Below are positions 11,301-20,751 of a DNA stretch of 52,236 nucleotides, piece after piece; position 1 is the stretch's first letter; each line of letters opens with the position of its first letter. A program made the position numbers and the translations under genes. The DNA is from a virus. Taxonomy: Duplodnaviria > Caudoviricetes. The stretch is taken from positions 1 through 52,236 of the IMG/VR virus record IMGVR_UViG_3300006921_000023. One strand, 5' to 3'. The notes under the pieces were generated by a model. It was not told the DNA's origin. It worked only from the letters and a program-made list of their open reading frames with translations, and did no database searches.

Positions 11301-12726
11301 TATTTGTAGTAAAAGTCATATCATTAGTTGTGACTCCAATCCGGTTGTAATTAGTACCAGAATTTGAATCTGCTATAACGATACCACTTCCTGCGTCCGT
11401 ACTTTCAAACCTTGCTACATAATCTAGAGCTGTGGAGAAAACAGCTGCTGGGTGTCCTGTGTCTACGCTTACTTCAAGTCCTGCTTCTCCTGTTGTTACT
11501 ATATCTAATTTAGACGAAGGAGATGTTGTTCCTATACCAATTCGTTGATTTATAGCATCTCCATAAAGATATGTGGCTTCTTGTACTCCCCAAAAACTAC
11601 CACTTATAAACCTAATATTTCTCGATCCATCTATCCTGAAGCCTATTGCATTATTGTGTCGAAATATTGCAGATTCATCGTGATCATAATATGTTTGAGA
11701 TCCTGATTTGAATATTCTTGAGCCTCCGTGATTAGAAGTTCTCATTGTGTGGAAGTTTATACCAGCGCTTTTGGTGTTATCATCAGTACCTACATTTATG
11801 AATGCATGGGCTCCTGATGCAGATACTTGTATATATGTATCGCTTGCATGACCAGCTCCTGATTGAGATGTCGCTGCTTCTCCTATAAACAGTCTATCTG
11901 ATAGTTGTACACGACCAGTGAATTCTCCCGCTTCAAATGAGCCGGTTCCTCCAGCTTTTAGTCCTAACGATGCGGATAGTGCACTCATCGATACCATTCC
12001 ATGAAAATAACTATCATCATCTGTGACAGTCAAATTACCAGATACTTCTATACTTCCAGTAAATTTATGAACATCAGTCGATTCATCACCAAATTCAGAA
12101 TTACCAGTTGAGTATTGTACAGATGTAGATACAATTGTTGTATGAAATTCATCAGCTGTAACGATTCCTTCACAAAAGATATCTCCTCCTGCGTATATAT
12201 CAGCACTTGATGATATTGTTCCTATAACTTCTAATGCTTCTCCTGGTGTTGCTGTGTTAATACCGATTTTATTATCATATGATGCATCTCCACCAATAAA
12301 AAGCGTTGCTGTTCCTGATCCAATTGCACCTGGCATGAATGATAGATTTGAGTTAACTAAACCTAATTGCCTTGATGCAACTAAATTACCGTCAGATGTA
12401 AATATATTACCAGATGAACTATCTACAGTACCAGAACCTATTACTCCCAGCTGCATTGTTCCATCCTCTTGGACGTATACGGTTTTGACATTTCCTGTTG
12501 ATGGATATGTTCCTCCAAGACCTGTGAGTCTAACTGCATTGGATGCAGATATTGGACCATCAAATATTGCCGATCCTGATATGATTTCTAGATTACCGTG
12601 AGATTGTAATCCTCCAGACGCAATCGTTAATCCTAATGGATTATCTGTTCCTTCCTTGAATTGTAAATTACTTCCCGATGAAGTAAATTTATATTTATGT
12701 CCTGCGCCTAATTTTATTATTGCCAT
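8377..12726 (-). CDS. Long tail fibre protein (1449 aa) with probable C-terminal intramolecular-chaperone (peptidase G2-like) domain
   Basis: Repeated (R/K)(I/V)GI(G/N)TxxP...L(D/H/E)(V/I) fibre units. The C-terminus GTIVVW...VMGV...GEVKEGDFLTTS..IGHA...GTVIAQALE resembles fibre chaperone domains. Confidence 0.75.
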   Translation of the reverse strand: MAIIKLGAGHKYKFTSSGSNLQFKEGTDNPLGLTIASGGLQSHGNLEIISGSAIFDGPISASNAVRLTGLGGTYPSTGNVKTVYVQEDGTMQLGVIGSGTVDSSSGNIFTSDGNLVASRQLGLVNSNLSFMPGAIGSGTATLFIGGDASYDNKIGINTATPGEALEVIGTISSSADIYAGGDIFCEGIVTADEFHTTIVSTSVQYSTGNSEFGDESTDVHKFTGSIEVSGNLTVTDDDSYFHGMVSMSALSASLGLKAGGTGSFEAGEFTGRVQLSDRLFIGEAATSQSGAGHASDTYIQVSASGAHAFINVGTDDNTKSAGINFHTMRTSNHGGSRIFKSGSQTYYDHDESAIFRHNNAIGFRIDGSRNIRFISGSFWGVQEATYLYGDAINQRIGIGTTSPSSKLDIVTTGEAGLEVSVDTGHPAAVFSTALDYVARFESTDAGSGIVIADSNSGTNYNRIGVTTNDMTFTTNNVEKLSISADGIISASGHISASGNIIIEGGLVVDNSTILRKYTPGWTNAPNHDIIYTGWLANTGDYMSFKAAGNSTSGHGVMMIGDDLFAIGKTNVETASPVADSATAPFNEENWLLADSSGLTVDGNITASADISGSGTGSFSGGGIFGLHSAVGIGTISPIYTLDVEGRNGINSVARFKSTNDKALIIIEDDDTAFSLISKDAKFHIGTGSTDYENFTVWPTQKRVGINTTAPDKPLHVISSDDTPFRVESSDGLTGISFKDNSDDNAIYYSGANDAFYVPTKIALGNTPTGITSESLDIYGGLAMSETPSIGTRRILYMGGETETRGPFNPIVGAIQKSGKCLFLDKEFADGKNDVQVYNNAGSGYVSHSWQPWSQQLADDFFGFSPNGASLTGSVAPNGSGNVIQITYDGGAAVPGDGGFYQVYTGEGKTVVQVFQALIPEGRYLTLAENSQGRDKDSYWLTNTMGTGKWEWYARVNHVGSYELEGHSFSSAGHVYLDEAGPATVWYLASCTAYDMTDQDVDVYRRVGIGTIDPENTLHVKDGDSGQTPDVGYQLTVENSAIAGIEILGGTGHSSRVTFGDSGNGSIGMIKYDHTTDNMFFRTNGTEHTHITSTGIISTSNDIIIESSDPTLYFKDTDGTYNGYVGASNEILYLRGNASGQDVEIRSTNYDNAIFVDDSTQRVGIGLNNPESTLSILGDISASGTIYAARFESSGSATKIDIVDDMIITGSILANGSGSFTNITASLDGVHVSGSVDIILENGPAAFIKTKIGSSDEYHLRNDGDAFQLYNETDDRKEWVADGAGGIGIGVATPHANGFALQVSGAIGTFGDNEHALGTKAVRFSDVFAVQTTVGAIFETGLATEGIGELETGTIVVWKNGKLVASYKEQDKMVMGVTQEGKDEPIILGAEPILVTGEVKEGDFLTTSDKIGHAKAQPDEYLLRTGTVIAQALESSNGESNLIKGMIRKL

Positions 12727-12727
12727 A

Positions 12728-15700
12728 TTATAATCCCGCTGAGCTCTCGTTTACTATCGCAACATTATATTGAATTGCATTTGAAATACTTGCATTCCAA
12801 AATTTATTTGCATTAACTGCCATAGTGGCTCCTGCTACTCCACCTGAATCTGGATCGATGGATATTGCAGCTGTCACTTCTTCCCCTACTTCAATGTTAA
12901 CATCTACGTTTGTTGCATTTGTAACATCTGGTGCTAGTATCCCTTTTATCACTAACGGATCAACTGAATTAGTTTCTGTTATTATTACGTTAAGTGCTTG
13001 CTTTCCTCCTGCCGATCCATCTAGCACTAATGTATATCCACCGGCAGAGGTAGAAGCTGATAGATATTGAGTAAAGTTACTATTTTTAACCTCTACCACT
13101 TGTCCTGATAATACTGATGCTTCCAGTTTACCGGTTAAGAATACATTTTCTCCAAACAATCCATGACCAGGATTTGTTCCTACTTTAGATTCATTTAATC
13201 CAGATAAATCTCCCAGTCTAACTTTTGTTTCTAAATCATAATGTCCACTACCAGTTCTTTCTACTATATCAATAAATGGAGTATCAGAACCGGAAGTTGC
13301 ATTCATAAATATAAATCCTTGATCCTCGGATGCATATGAAACTATTACTTGTGCAGCTGACATTGTTGGAATTGTATGGCCGTTCAAACTTCTCGATACG
13401 TGAAGCGTTGTAGGGTTTGTTGAACTACTATAAACTTGCATAAGTTCTAATGTAAATCCTGTGTCTTCTACTGACTTACAAATTGCATATTCTCCAGCTG
13501 TCCATCCACCTACACTTTCTACTTCAAATGACGCTGATGGAACTCCGTGTACGTTTCCATTCATACTTCCTGATAAATAATCACTACCAGTAGTTACTGT
13601 AGCATTTGCAATTATTACTGCTCCTCCTACCGCACTAATTGTATCTTTTTCAAATACAGCTGTTCTTAGTGTACCTCTAATTTTTGCATTTTCAAATTCA
13701 GCCGTTCCATCACTATCTATCTTCCATCCTTTACCTACACCAGCTCCAAGTAAAGAAGATTCAAAGTTTGCCGTTTGCATTGTTCCTGATGAGCTCAATA
13801 TTATATTACTCGAGCTAAGGAATGTATCACCTATCGCCCATCCACCAATCGTACCTCCAGCTTCTGCTGTTATCTGACCTTGCATTATAACATTACCTTC
13901 TGAGTCTAAATGGAATCCGGAAGAAGATATTTCTATGTTTCCTAAAGCTCCTGAGATAAATTGTGATGTCTCACTTCCGACAAAGAATTTTTGAGCTCGT
14001 ATGTCTAATTCGGATGGATCGGTTCGGAATCTAAAATAGCTACTACTATCCAATACCATCTCCATTCCAATACCTTTATAATCATCTCCTGAGCCATCAT
14101 ATATTGTGGATCCAATCGATCCTGACCACATTAGGATTCCAGATCCCGAACCAACTGATGATGAATGGAATCCTGGATATACTGGGTTTACCGTTCGTAG
14201 ATATGCAGATGCATTACCACCGATTACAAAACCTGAAGCTGCTAGATCAGGTCCTATATCCATTGTACCTGCAAGGAGTCCATTACTAATGTAGGTATTT
14301 CCTCCTACAAAATCTACTTGGGTATATTGGAGATCAACCTCCGACTTAACATTATGCGGATTGTATAATTCAAATTTGAAATCTAATAGATCATCATTAT
14401 GTGTAGTTGGGACGTGTGATACTATCTGAAACTGTTCTGGTGTAAATCCATTACTAGTTTCTGCTTTTAGGGATATGTCTGCAAAATGAATTTCGTAGCC
14501 AGCTTCTACTTTGAATACTGGTTTACCCATTCCATCACGAGATGCTGCGAAGTGATATTCTGAGGTGAATTCTTCTCTTGATGAAGCACTTGATTCCATG
14601 CTTCCTACAAACAATCCAATATCAGGATCGGGGTCTTGAACTGATCCATAGAATCCCGATCCTGATAAGAACACTTTGACACTCAACGGATCGTAGCCAG
14701 ATGTAATTGATGAGTCTGGTGTTCTTTTTAGGATTGATTTATATGATAATCGATACAGAGTTCCTTTTTCAAACTCTACATAATCTTTTGTTGTTACTAA
14801 TACGTAATCATCACCTGATATATTTCCTGACATTGATACTAATAAAGCATTAGCAAATTCTGAATCGTCTCGCGAGAGTGATGGTATCAATGCACCATTG
14901 CCAGCTTCAGCTTGCCAATATGTAGACGGAGTCGTATTAGATTCCATTACTCCCCACGGTGCCTTCATAGTAGTACTTCCTGTATCTACCATAAGCTCTG
15001 ATGCTTCTAGTACATGGTCTCCAATTATTTGATATTCATCTACAGTCCCATTACTTTTTATTTTAGTAACAATTCTATGAACATCTCCTGCTACCGGTAT
15101 TAGATTCTTAAAATCACATACTGCATACGAGTGCGAATTTTCCGTATCTGTATATGTTGGTGGATTGGAATGCGTTATTTGCATTGCACTTGTATTAAAT
15201 CCTTCTACAACATTAGACGTTAATACTGATGTTGGGAGTGGAGTAGGTCCTCCTTTTGTAGCATTTGGGACTACTGTAGATACCGTTATTACTTCAAACG
15301 GAGTACTTAATCGAACTTGAGTTGAATTTATCACGGAATGAATTGTACTTGTATAATTAAGCGTTTCACCAGGATAAAGATCGTTTGAGTTTATTGATGG
15401 ATAAAGACCTTGAATTAAATCCGCCTTAAATTTAACAACTGCTCCTTCCATTGATGCTGAGAAATATGGAGATGCAACATTGAGTCGTGGCAACGATACC
15501 TGCCCACCTTTTGAATTTATTTCATCTGCAGATGGATTAACTGGCATTATTCCAGCTGGATGGCTGTATGATGCAGATTGGATGGATGATGTGACTCTAG
15601 TGCCTATATACGATGAAGAGAAATAAGTTCTTATCTTTTCAGCTACTCTTACCTTTGGCATGTGAGAGAATACTATAGGATCGGTGTTAGGTGCAAATGG

Positions 15701-16189
15701 ATCACATAATAATTGTTTTTGCCATCTAATGTTTGGTCGTACAATCTCAGCATTTGGATTGATGGAGGACTTTCCGTTATAAAAAGGTTCTCCAGTATCC
15801 GGAAAATTTCCTATAATTTTTTTTCCATCTAGATCTACTTTGGCTGTTGCTAGTAGAGTTAGAGTAACTTGTTTGGATGGATAATCATCATACACCCACG
15901 CTGTAACGAGTGAATCTTGGCCTTCCTTTAATCCAGTTATCTCTGTATATATTGCATTTCCAAACTGATCAGCTATTTCTACAAATACTTCAGTTCCTAT
16001 CTGTAGAGTGTTTTCGGTTGGATTGATTTTGAATAGATTTTTCCCTCCGGTTAAAGTGTCCTTTAATCCGGTTACGTTAAAGTATGGGGAGAATGGGGTT
16101 ATACTATCCGTTATATAACACGGATATCGGTCTTGTTCCTGATACCCTAGGTATAAAGCCCTTCTTTTCCACTCATAAGTAAATGCCAT
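12728..16189 (-). CDS. Tail / baseplate-associated structural protein (1153 aa)
   Basis: Shares modules with the giant fibre (AEFENAKIRG..; PFIDIV...KVRLGDLSGL...GHGLFGENVFLTG; GNIEISSSGFHL). GGAG RBS; tail-module context. Confidence 0.65.
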   Translation of the reverse strand: MAFTYEWKRRALYLGYQEQDRYPCYITDSITPFSPYFNVTGLKDTLTGGKNLFKINPTENTLQIGTEVFVEIADQFGNAIYTEITGLKEGQDSLVTAWVYDDYPSKQVTLTLLATAKVDLDGKKIIGNFPDTGEPFYNGKSSINPNAEIVRPNIRWQKQLLCDPFAPNTDPIVFSHMPKVRVAEKIRTYFSSSYIGTRVTSSIQSASYSHPAGIMPVNPSADEINSKGGQVSLPRLNVASPYFSASMEGAVVKFKADLIQGLYPSINSNDLYPGETLNYTSTIHSVINSTQVRLSTPFEVITVSTVVPNATKGGPTPLPTSVLTSNVVEGFNTSAMQITHSNPPTYTDTENSHSYAVCDFKNLIPVAGDVHRIVTKIKSNGTVDEYQIIGDHVLEASELMVDTGSTTMKAPWGVMESNTTPSTYWQAEAGNGALIPSLSRDDSEFANALLVSMSGNISGDDYVLVTTKDYVEFEKGTLYRLSYKSILKRTPDSSITSGYDPLSVKVFLSGSGFYGSVQDPDPDIGLFVGSMESSASSREEFTSEYHFAASRDGMGKPVFKVEAGYEIHFADISLKAETSNGFTPEQFQIVSHVPTTHNDDLLDFKFELYNPHNVKSEVDLQYTQVDFVGGNTYISNGLLAGTMDIGPDLAASGFVIGGNASAYLRTVNPVYPGFHSSSVGSGSGILMWSGSIGSTIYDGSGDDYKGIGMEMVLDSSSYFRFRTDPSELDIRAQKFFVGSETSQFISGALGNIEISSSGFHLDSEGNVIMQGQITAEAGGTIGGWAIGDTFLSSSNIILSSSGTMQTANFESSLLGAGVGKGWKIDSDGTAEFENAKIRGTLRTAVFEKDTISAVGGAVIIANATVTTGSDYLSGSMNGNVHGVPSASFEVESVGGWTAGEYAICKSVEDTGFTLELMQVYSSSTNPTTLHVSRSLNGHTIPTMSAAQVIVSYASEDQGFIFMNATSGSDTPFIDIVERTGSGHYDLETKVRLGDLSGLNESKVGTNPGHGLFGENVFLTGKLEASVLSGQVVEVKNSNFTQYLSASTSAGGYTLVLDGSAGGKQALNVIITETNSVDPLVIKGILAPDVTNATNVDVNIEVGEEVTAAISIDPDSGGVAGATMAVNANKFWNASISNAIQYNVAIVNESSAGL

Positions 16190-16221
16190 GCATAATCTCC
16201 AGCTACGTTAGATATTCTATA

Positions 16222-16229
16222 ATAAATAT
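16222..16229 (-). promoter_or_regulatory. Putative phage-specific (late) promoter motif ATATTTAT
   Basis: CATATTTATTAT in a short intergenic gap ~33 nt upstream of ATG 16189. The same motif recurs upstream of several other genes. Confidence 0.6.
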
Positions 16230-16230
16230 G

Positions 16231-19200
16231 CTAGTACTGAATTTTACTGTAGTTGTTTACTTTCTTAATATCGATTAGATTGTCTACAACATCCCTAACC
16301 GCCTCTAAATGCGATATAATTAGCAGAAAATCGAACTGAGTCTTCAGATAATCGAATAACATAAACATCGAATTAAGATTTTCCGAGTCTAGATTACCTA
16401 ATCCTTCATCAATTGCAAGGAAGTTTGGTTTTGGTAGATTCGATACACTAACCAATGCTGATCTGATTGCGAGTGATGATATAAATTTTTCCATTCCTGA
16501 AGTTAGTTCTAGTGGCCATGATTTATCATCATATACAATGTGTGTGTTTATATTTTTGCCATCTACATGGAATAATATGTTAAATTCAACTATCTGACCT
16601 AGTATATTATTTACCTCATCTTCTATTAGTGGGATAACTTTTGAGATAAGTTCATATGGAACTCCATCTCTTTGAATTGCATCAAGATAATATTCATACG
16701 CTTTATACTTTTCTTCCATTTCATCTGCTTGCTGCATTTTATCCGTGATGCTTTGTTTCGTAGATTCTGCGACTCTTACCGCACTGTGGATATCCATCAA
16801 TTCATCCGAGTGGATCGTGATCATATTAGATACGTGTAATTTATCATCTTCTGCTACCGTTATTCGCTCCGTGACTTTCTCATTGTATATAATGTCTTTT
16901 TTCGCAGTATGATACTCTGATATTTTTGAGTTTACTTGTTCCAATAAAGATTGCTTAGCTTCTAATTTTTCTTTAGCTTCATAATATAAAACTCTACCGG
17001 TAGCTTTTTCTTGTTGGGCTTTTGATAAAACAGTTTGTTGTAGTATCATAAACTCAAATTTCTCTTTTGCTTTGTCGAGGGTCTTTATAAGATTGTCTTG
17101 ATCTGATATCTTATCTAGTAGTCTACGAACTATCACCTTATCCTTTTCTAATTCTTTTGTCGTCTCTTGTGCATCTTTAACAAAAGAATTATTCATACAG
17201 AAATTGCAGTTAGGATCATATTCATGCTTTTCTAAATGACGTAATTTCTCTAGTTTATGTCTTACAACTATTTTTAATTTTTCTAACTCGTGAGATTTAT
17301 CCGAGCGAGTAGATGTGGTTTTTTGTAATAGTTCATAGTCTCCATTTACAGTGTCTTCATTGATACTCTTTAATATACTCATAGTATCATCTATAAGTTT
17401 ATTATTAGCCACTGCTTCTTTTTCATCATTTTTTAATCTAACTTCTATCGCTTGGATATCTTGCGTTAGGAATTCTTGTTTGCGCTTTAAGCTATCAATA
17501 TCACCAGTATCAGGTATTTGCTTATACTTTTGGTTTTCCTTTCTAATCTTAGATTCGAGAGCTGTTTGCCTTTTTACTAATACATTTTTTTCTTTAGTGA
17601 TACTTTTGAATAATTTAGTATTTTCATCAAAACTTTTTACTGCTTGTGATAGTTGGTCATCATAATCTTGTTTTTTGAAATCCTTGAGAAGAATTTGGAC
17701 TTCTTTAATATCTTGTATCGCTAAATCATATAATTCTTCAAATACAGTTACATCTAAAAATTGAGCTAGTAGGTCTTTACGTTGCGATTGTGATAAATCA
17801 ATAAATCCAGTGTTATTATTTTGTACTGATATTGATGTTAGAATAAAATCTTCATATTTTCCTAAATAACTTTGGATAGCTTTGTTGGTGTCTCTACGCT
17901 GTTCTCCATTTAATGATATCTGTTCTTCATTTTCATCATACGTCCAAAAATTTGTAGTTACACTTATTCTACCTTTTAGATATCCCTTTGTAGTTCTTCT
18001 AGCCTTTCGTTCGATTACGAATGTCTGACCTGACACTTCTAATTCTGCTTTGCAGTAGAAATCATTTTTTGTATTATTCATTACCCCTTTGGCATCTGAT
18101 GCTCGACTACATCTATCAAACAAACAATAACACAAAGAGTCTAATAGAGCTGATTTACCAGATGCGTTTGCAGCAAATATTCCATACGTCCCCTTAAAAT
18201 CGTTAAAGTCTACTACATTGTTAGCTCCATAACTAAACATGTTTGAAAATTCAAACTTTTTTATTTGCCAATCTATGTCGCGTGTAACTTCCAGTTGAGA
18301 TAGTTGAGAATTAAGATCTTTATTTATTTTACGTATATGTTTTACAATATCATCGTCGACGTTAAAGTTTCTATCTAAATATTCTTTAATGAGTGAATTT
18401 TGATAATTAACATCCCTAACATTACCAATTGCATTATGTCTTGATTCTCTATCGTTTGCTTTTTGGTCTCGTAGAGAGTCTGTTCTTATGACAGTTACAT
18501 CTGAGATTCTTCTATCTTTTTTTAATGTAGCTAATACTTTTTTAATGTCGGCTTGTGAGGAGTTTGCTGCTTTGATTCTTAATCTTGGTTGCTTTGGCAT
18601 ACCTTCATAATTTTCAGCTACTCCTCCATTTACTAATAGTGTATAGTAAGCGTTATCATTCTCGATATATCTAAACTCACTATTCTTTGTTTCCAGATCC
18701 CATAAGATCCATCCATGGTTAGTCGGATGTTCCCCAAAGTTTTGACATACTAACGAGCTTGCGTAAGCTATCGTTTTCTTTTTATCAAGGTATTGATGTT
18801 TATGAATATCACCTAACATTGCATAGTCAAATCCTTCAAAATCATCTACTGATAAATCACCTTGTAATTCATATCCTACATCAGTTCTTGCACTAGTAAC
18901 TGGTCCGTGATATAATACTATTTTAGTCTTATCATCTGGTACTTGATCTGCTTTAATATATTTTTCTGGATTGTCGAATACCGATTCTACTACAAAATAA
19001 CAATCTGCTATTTCGTATATGTCAGTATCGTATAGGTAATAGAAATTATCTAACTGTAGAGAATTAACTATGGGTGTCAATGCATCTAGTCTATGTTTAT
19101 TATTTAGATTACAATCATGATTACCTGCTATAAGAATTGTAGGAGCTATTTTACTCAATTTAGTAAAGAGTTCACTAGTCATTGAAATAAGCTCTGGACT

Positions 19201-19398
19201 CATCTCCGTTTTTGCGTGAACGATATCTCCCGCTAGATATATCAATCCACCTTCTTTCGGCAAGGTAGCTTTTAGATCCTTGTATAATTTTGTAAATACT
19301 TTTTTATATTCTTTATGACGTTTTACATTTCTGATATGAATGTCAGCTATGTGAGCTATTTTTGTGATTTTGTCAAATCCTACTGCGATCTGTTTCAT
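16231..19398 (-). CDS. Mre11-Rad50 (SbcD-SbcC, T4 gp47-gp46-like) fusion nuclease/ATPase
   Basis: N-terminal metallophosphoesterase motifs ADIH, AGD, GNHD, YHG, GDIHK. These are followed by Walker A ANASGKS, Q-loop SVQ, coiled coils with a CNFC zinc hook, signature TSGMEK, Walker B LAIDEG, D-loop LD and H-loop ISH. Confidence 0.92.
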   Translation of the reverse strand: MKQIAVGFDKITKIAHIADIHIRNVKRHKEYKKVFTKLYKDLKATLPKEGGLIYLAGDIVHAKTEMSPELISMTSELFTKLSKIAPTILIAGNHDCNLNNKHRLDALTPIVNSLQLDNFYYLYDTDIYEIADCYFVVESVFDNPEKYIKADQVPDDKTKIVLYHGPVTSARTDVGYELQGDLSVDDFEGFDYAMLGDIHKHQYLDKKKTIAYASSLVCQNFGEHPTNHGWILWDLETKNSEFRYIENDNAYYTLLVNGGVAENYEGMPKQPRLRIKAANSSQADIKKVLATLKKDRRISDVTVIRTDSLRDQKANDRESRHNAIGNVRDVNYQNSLIKEYLDRNFNVDDDIVKHIRKINKDLNSQLSQLEVTRDIDWQIKKFEFSNMFSYGANNVVDFNDFKGTYGIFAANASGKSALLDSLCYCLFDRCSRASDAKGVMNNTKNDFYCKAELEVSGQTFVIERKARRTTKGYLKGRISVTTNFWTYDENEEQISLNGEQRRDTNKAIQSYLGKYEDFILTSISVQNNNTGFIDLSQSQRKDLLAQFLDVTVFEELYDLAIQDIKEVQILLKDFKKQDYDDQLSQAVKSFDENTKLFKSITKEKNVLVKRQTALESKIRKENQKYKQIPDTGDIDSLKRKQEFLTQDIQAIEVRLKNDEKEAVANNKLIDDTMSILKSINEDTVNGDYELLQKTTSTRSDKSHELEKLKIVVRHKLEKLRHLEKHEYDPNCNFCMNNSFVKDAQETTKELEKDKVIVRRLLDKISDQDNLIKTLDKAKEKFEFMILQQTVLSKAQQEKATGRVLYYEAKEKLEAKQSLLEQVNSKISEYHTAKKDIIYNEKVTERITVAEDDKLHVSNMITIHSDELMDIHSAVRVAESTKQSITDKMQQADEMEEKYKAYEYYLDAIQRDGVPYELISKVIPLIEDEVNNILGQIVEFNILFHVDGKNINTHIVYDDKSWPLELTSGMEKFISSLAIRSALVSVSNLPKPNFLAIDEGLGNLDSENLNSMFMLFDYLKTQFDFLLIISHLEAVRDVVDNLIDIKKVNNYSKIQY

Positions 19399-20315
19399 TA
19401 TCTAAACCTCCCGATTATCTTTTTCTGCATTAGTGAACTTGCCGTCAGTGGTGGTGATGTATTGATATACTGGGTGACTGTGGTGAATCCCAACTCGCTT
19501 GGATCCTTATCCTCCATCTCTACCAATCTTACTTCAACACCATTTGAAATAAGATACTCACACATTTCCAATGCATCATTTACAGCATCAGTGTCTAGTG
19601 CTATATTTATTTGTTTTATTTGTGAGTTAATTATCTTTGACTTTAACGTGTCCATCATCATCTTTCCGAATAATGGAATTGCATTACGTTTAATCGCGAT
19701 TGCATCAAACGCTCCTTCTACGATTGTTATTGGTTCGTTCCAATTTATATATAGATCAAATCCAATAATATCTTTTGACACTTTCGGATTCTTGTGTTTG
19801 AATGAACTATCATTATAATACGTTCTTCCTGTGAAGAAGTTTAGTTGACCGTTAGAATCATAAGATGGAATTATTATCATACCTGCATATAATCCTTTGT
19901 CACAGTATCCTATATTATATTTTAATATATCATATTTTGTAATCCCGCGGTGTTTTGTTAGATAATGAAATGCATTTATAAAATCTGGGTCTTTGGGATT
20001 ACCATTCATAAATGGTATAAATTCTGGTGGTAGTGATAGTACATCATAAGCCTTTTCGATTACCGATCGTTTTGGCTTACCTACTAGATTTTCAACTGCT
20101 TTAAGAATACGCTCTTCAGCTCCAGTCTTTTTTACTAATGCATATATACTTCTACCTTTAGCACCACAAACCCAACATTGCCATTTCTGACTTTCAGTGT
20201 TGACTTGAAGTTTTTTCTTGTGGTGGTGACAGAATGGACAGTTAAATGCTATCTCATTGTTAGACATAGTTCGACCTTGTCCTATTACACCTTGTAAAAC
20301 GGTTTTAATATTCAT
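19398..20315 (-). CDS. DNA primase (DnaG-type; zinc finger plus Toprim)
   Basis: CPFC...CWVC zinc finger, IIIP..FTGR, and Toprim motifs VEGAFDA, LDTDA, KDPSE. Confidence 0.9.
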   Translation of the reverse strand: MNIKTVLQGVIGQGRTMSNNEIAFNCPFCHHHKKKLQVNTESQKWQCWVCGAKGRSIYALVKKTGAEERILKAVENLVGKPKRSVIEKAYDVLSLPPEFIPFMNGNPKDPDFINAFHYLTKHRGITKYDILKYNIGYCDKGLYAGMIIIPSYDSNGQLNFFTGRTYYNDSSFKHKNPKVSKDIIGFDLYINWNEPITIVEGAFDAIAIKRNAIPLFGKMMMDTLKSKIINSQIKQINIALDTDAVNDALEMCEYLISNGVEVRLVEMEDKDPSELGFTTVTQYINTSPPLTASSLMQKKIIGRFR

Positions 20316-20322
20316 TACACTT

Positions 20323-20352
20323 AATATAGGGAATTTATTTTGATTCTACAAC
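20323..20352 (-). promoter_or_regulatory. Host-RNAP-type promoter GTTG-N20-TATATT upstream of primase
   Basis: GTTG TAGAATCAAAATAAATTCCC TATATT. Identical architecture at three other intergenic sites; only 7 nt before the ATG. Confidence 0.7.
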
Positions 20353-20751
20353 TTATTTGTCTGATTTTAACCACTCGTTTGGTATTACTTTATCTGCCCA
20401 AAGTATACCGTTTTTATCGCAAAAATCTGCGTATGTCGTTTTGCTGCCTTTCCGAATTTTCCCCTTAGAGTTCATAAATACAAATCTAATATCTAATTCT
20501 GGGTGTTGGTCTCGAATAAGCATATGTTTCTTTCTATCCTCTAATACCCATCTGCCCTTTGCTTCAATTAAAATTCCATTTGGTAATGCAAAGTCAACTG
20601 TGTATGTATGACGTGTTTCTGGCTTTATGTAGTCAATTACATGCGTTTCGTAAATTTTCTTAGGATTTATTTTATGTTCTGATAGTTGAGTTCCTATAGA
20701 ATTCTCAAACTTAGATCTGTAACCGTTTATTTTTTTGATACGTCTTGCCAT
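20353..20751 (-). CDS. T7 endonuclease I-like Holliday junction resolvase
   Basis: GYRSKFE, YTVDFALPNGILIEAKG, KKHMLIRDQHPELDIRFVF, TTYADFCDKNG, IPNEW. Confidence 0.9.
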   Translation of the reverse strand: MARRIKKINGYRSKFENSIGTQLSEHKINPKKIYETHVIDYIKPETRHTYTVDFALPNGILIEAKGRWVLEDRKKHMLIRDQHPELDIRFVFMNSKGKIRKGSKTTYADFCDKNGILWADKVIPNEWLKSDK

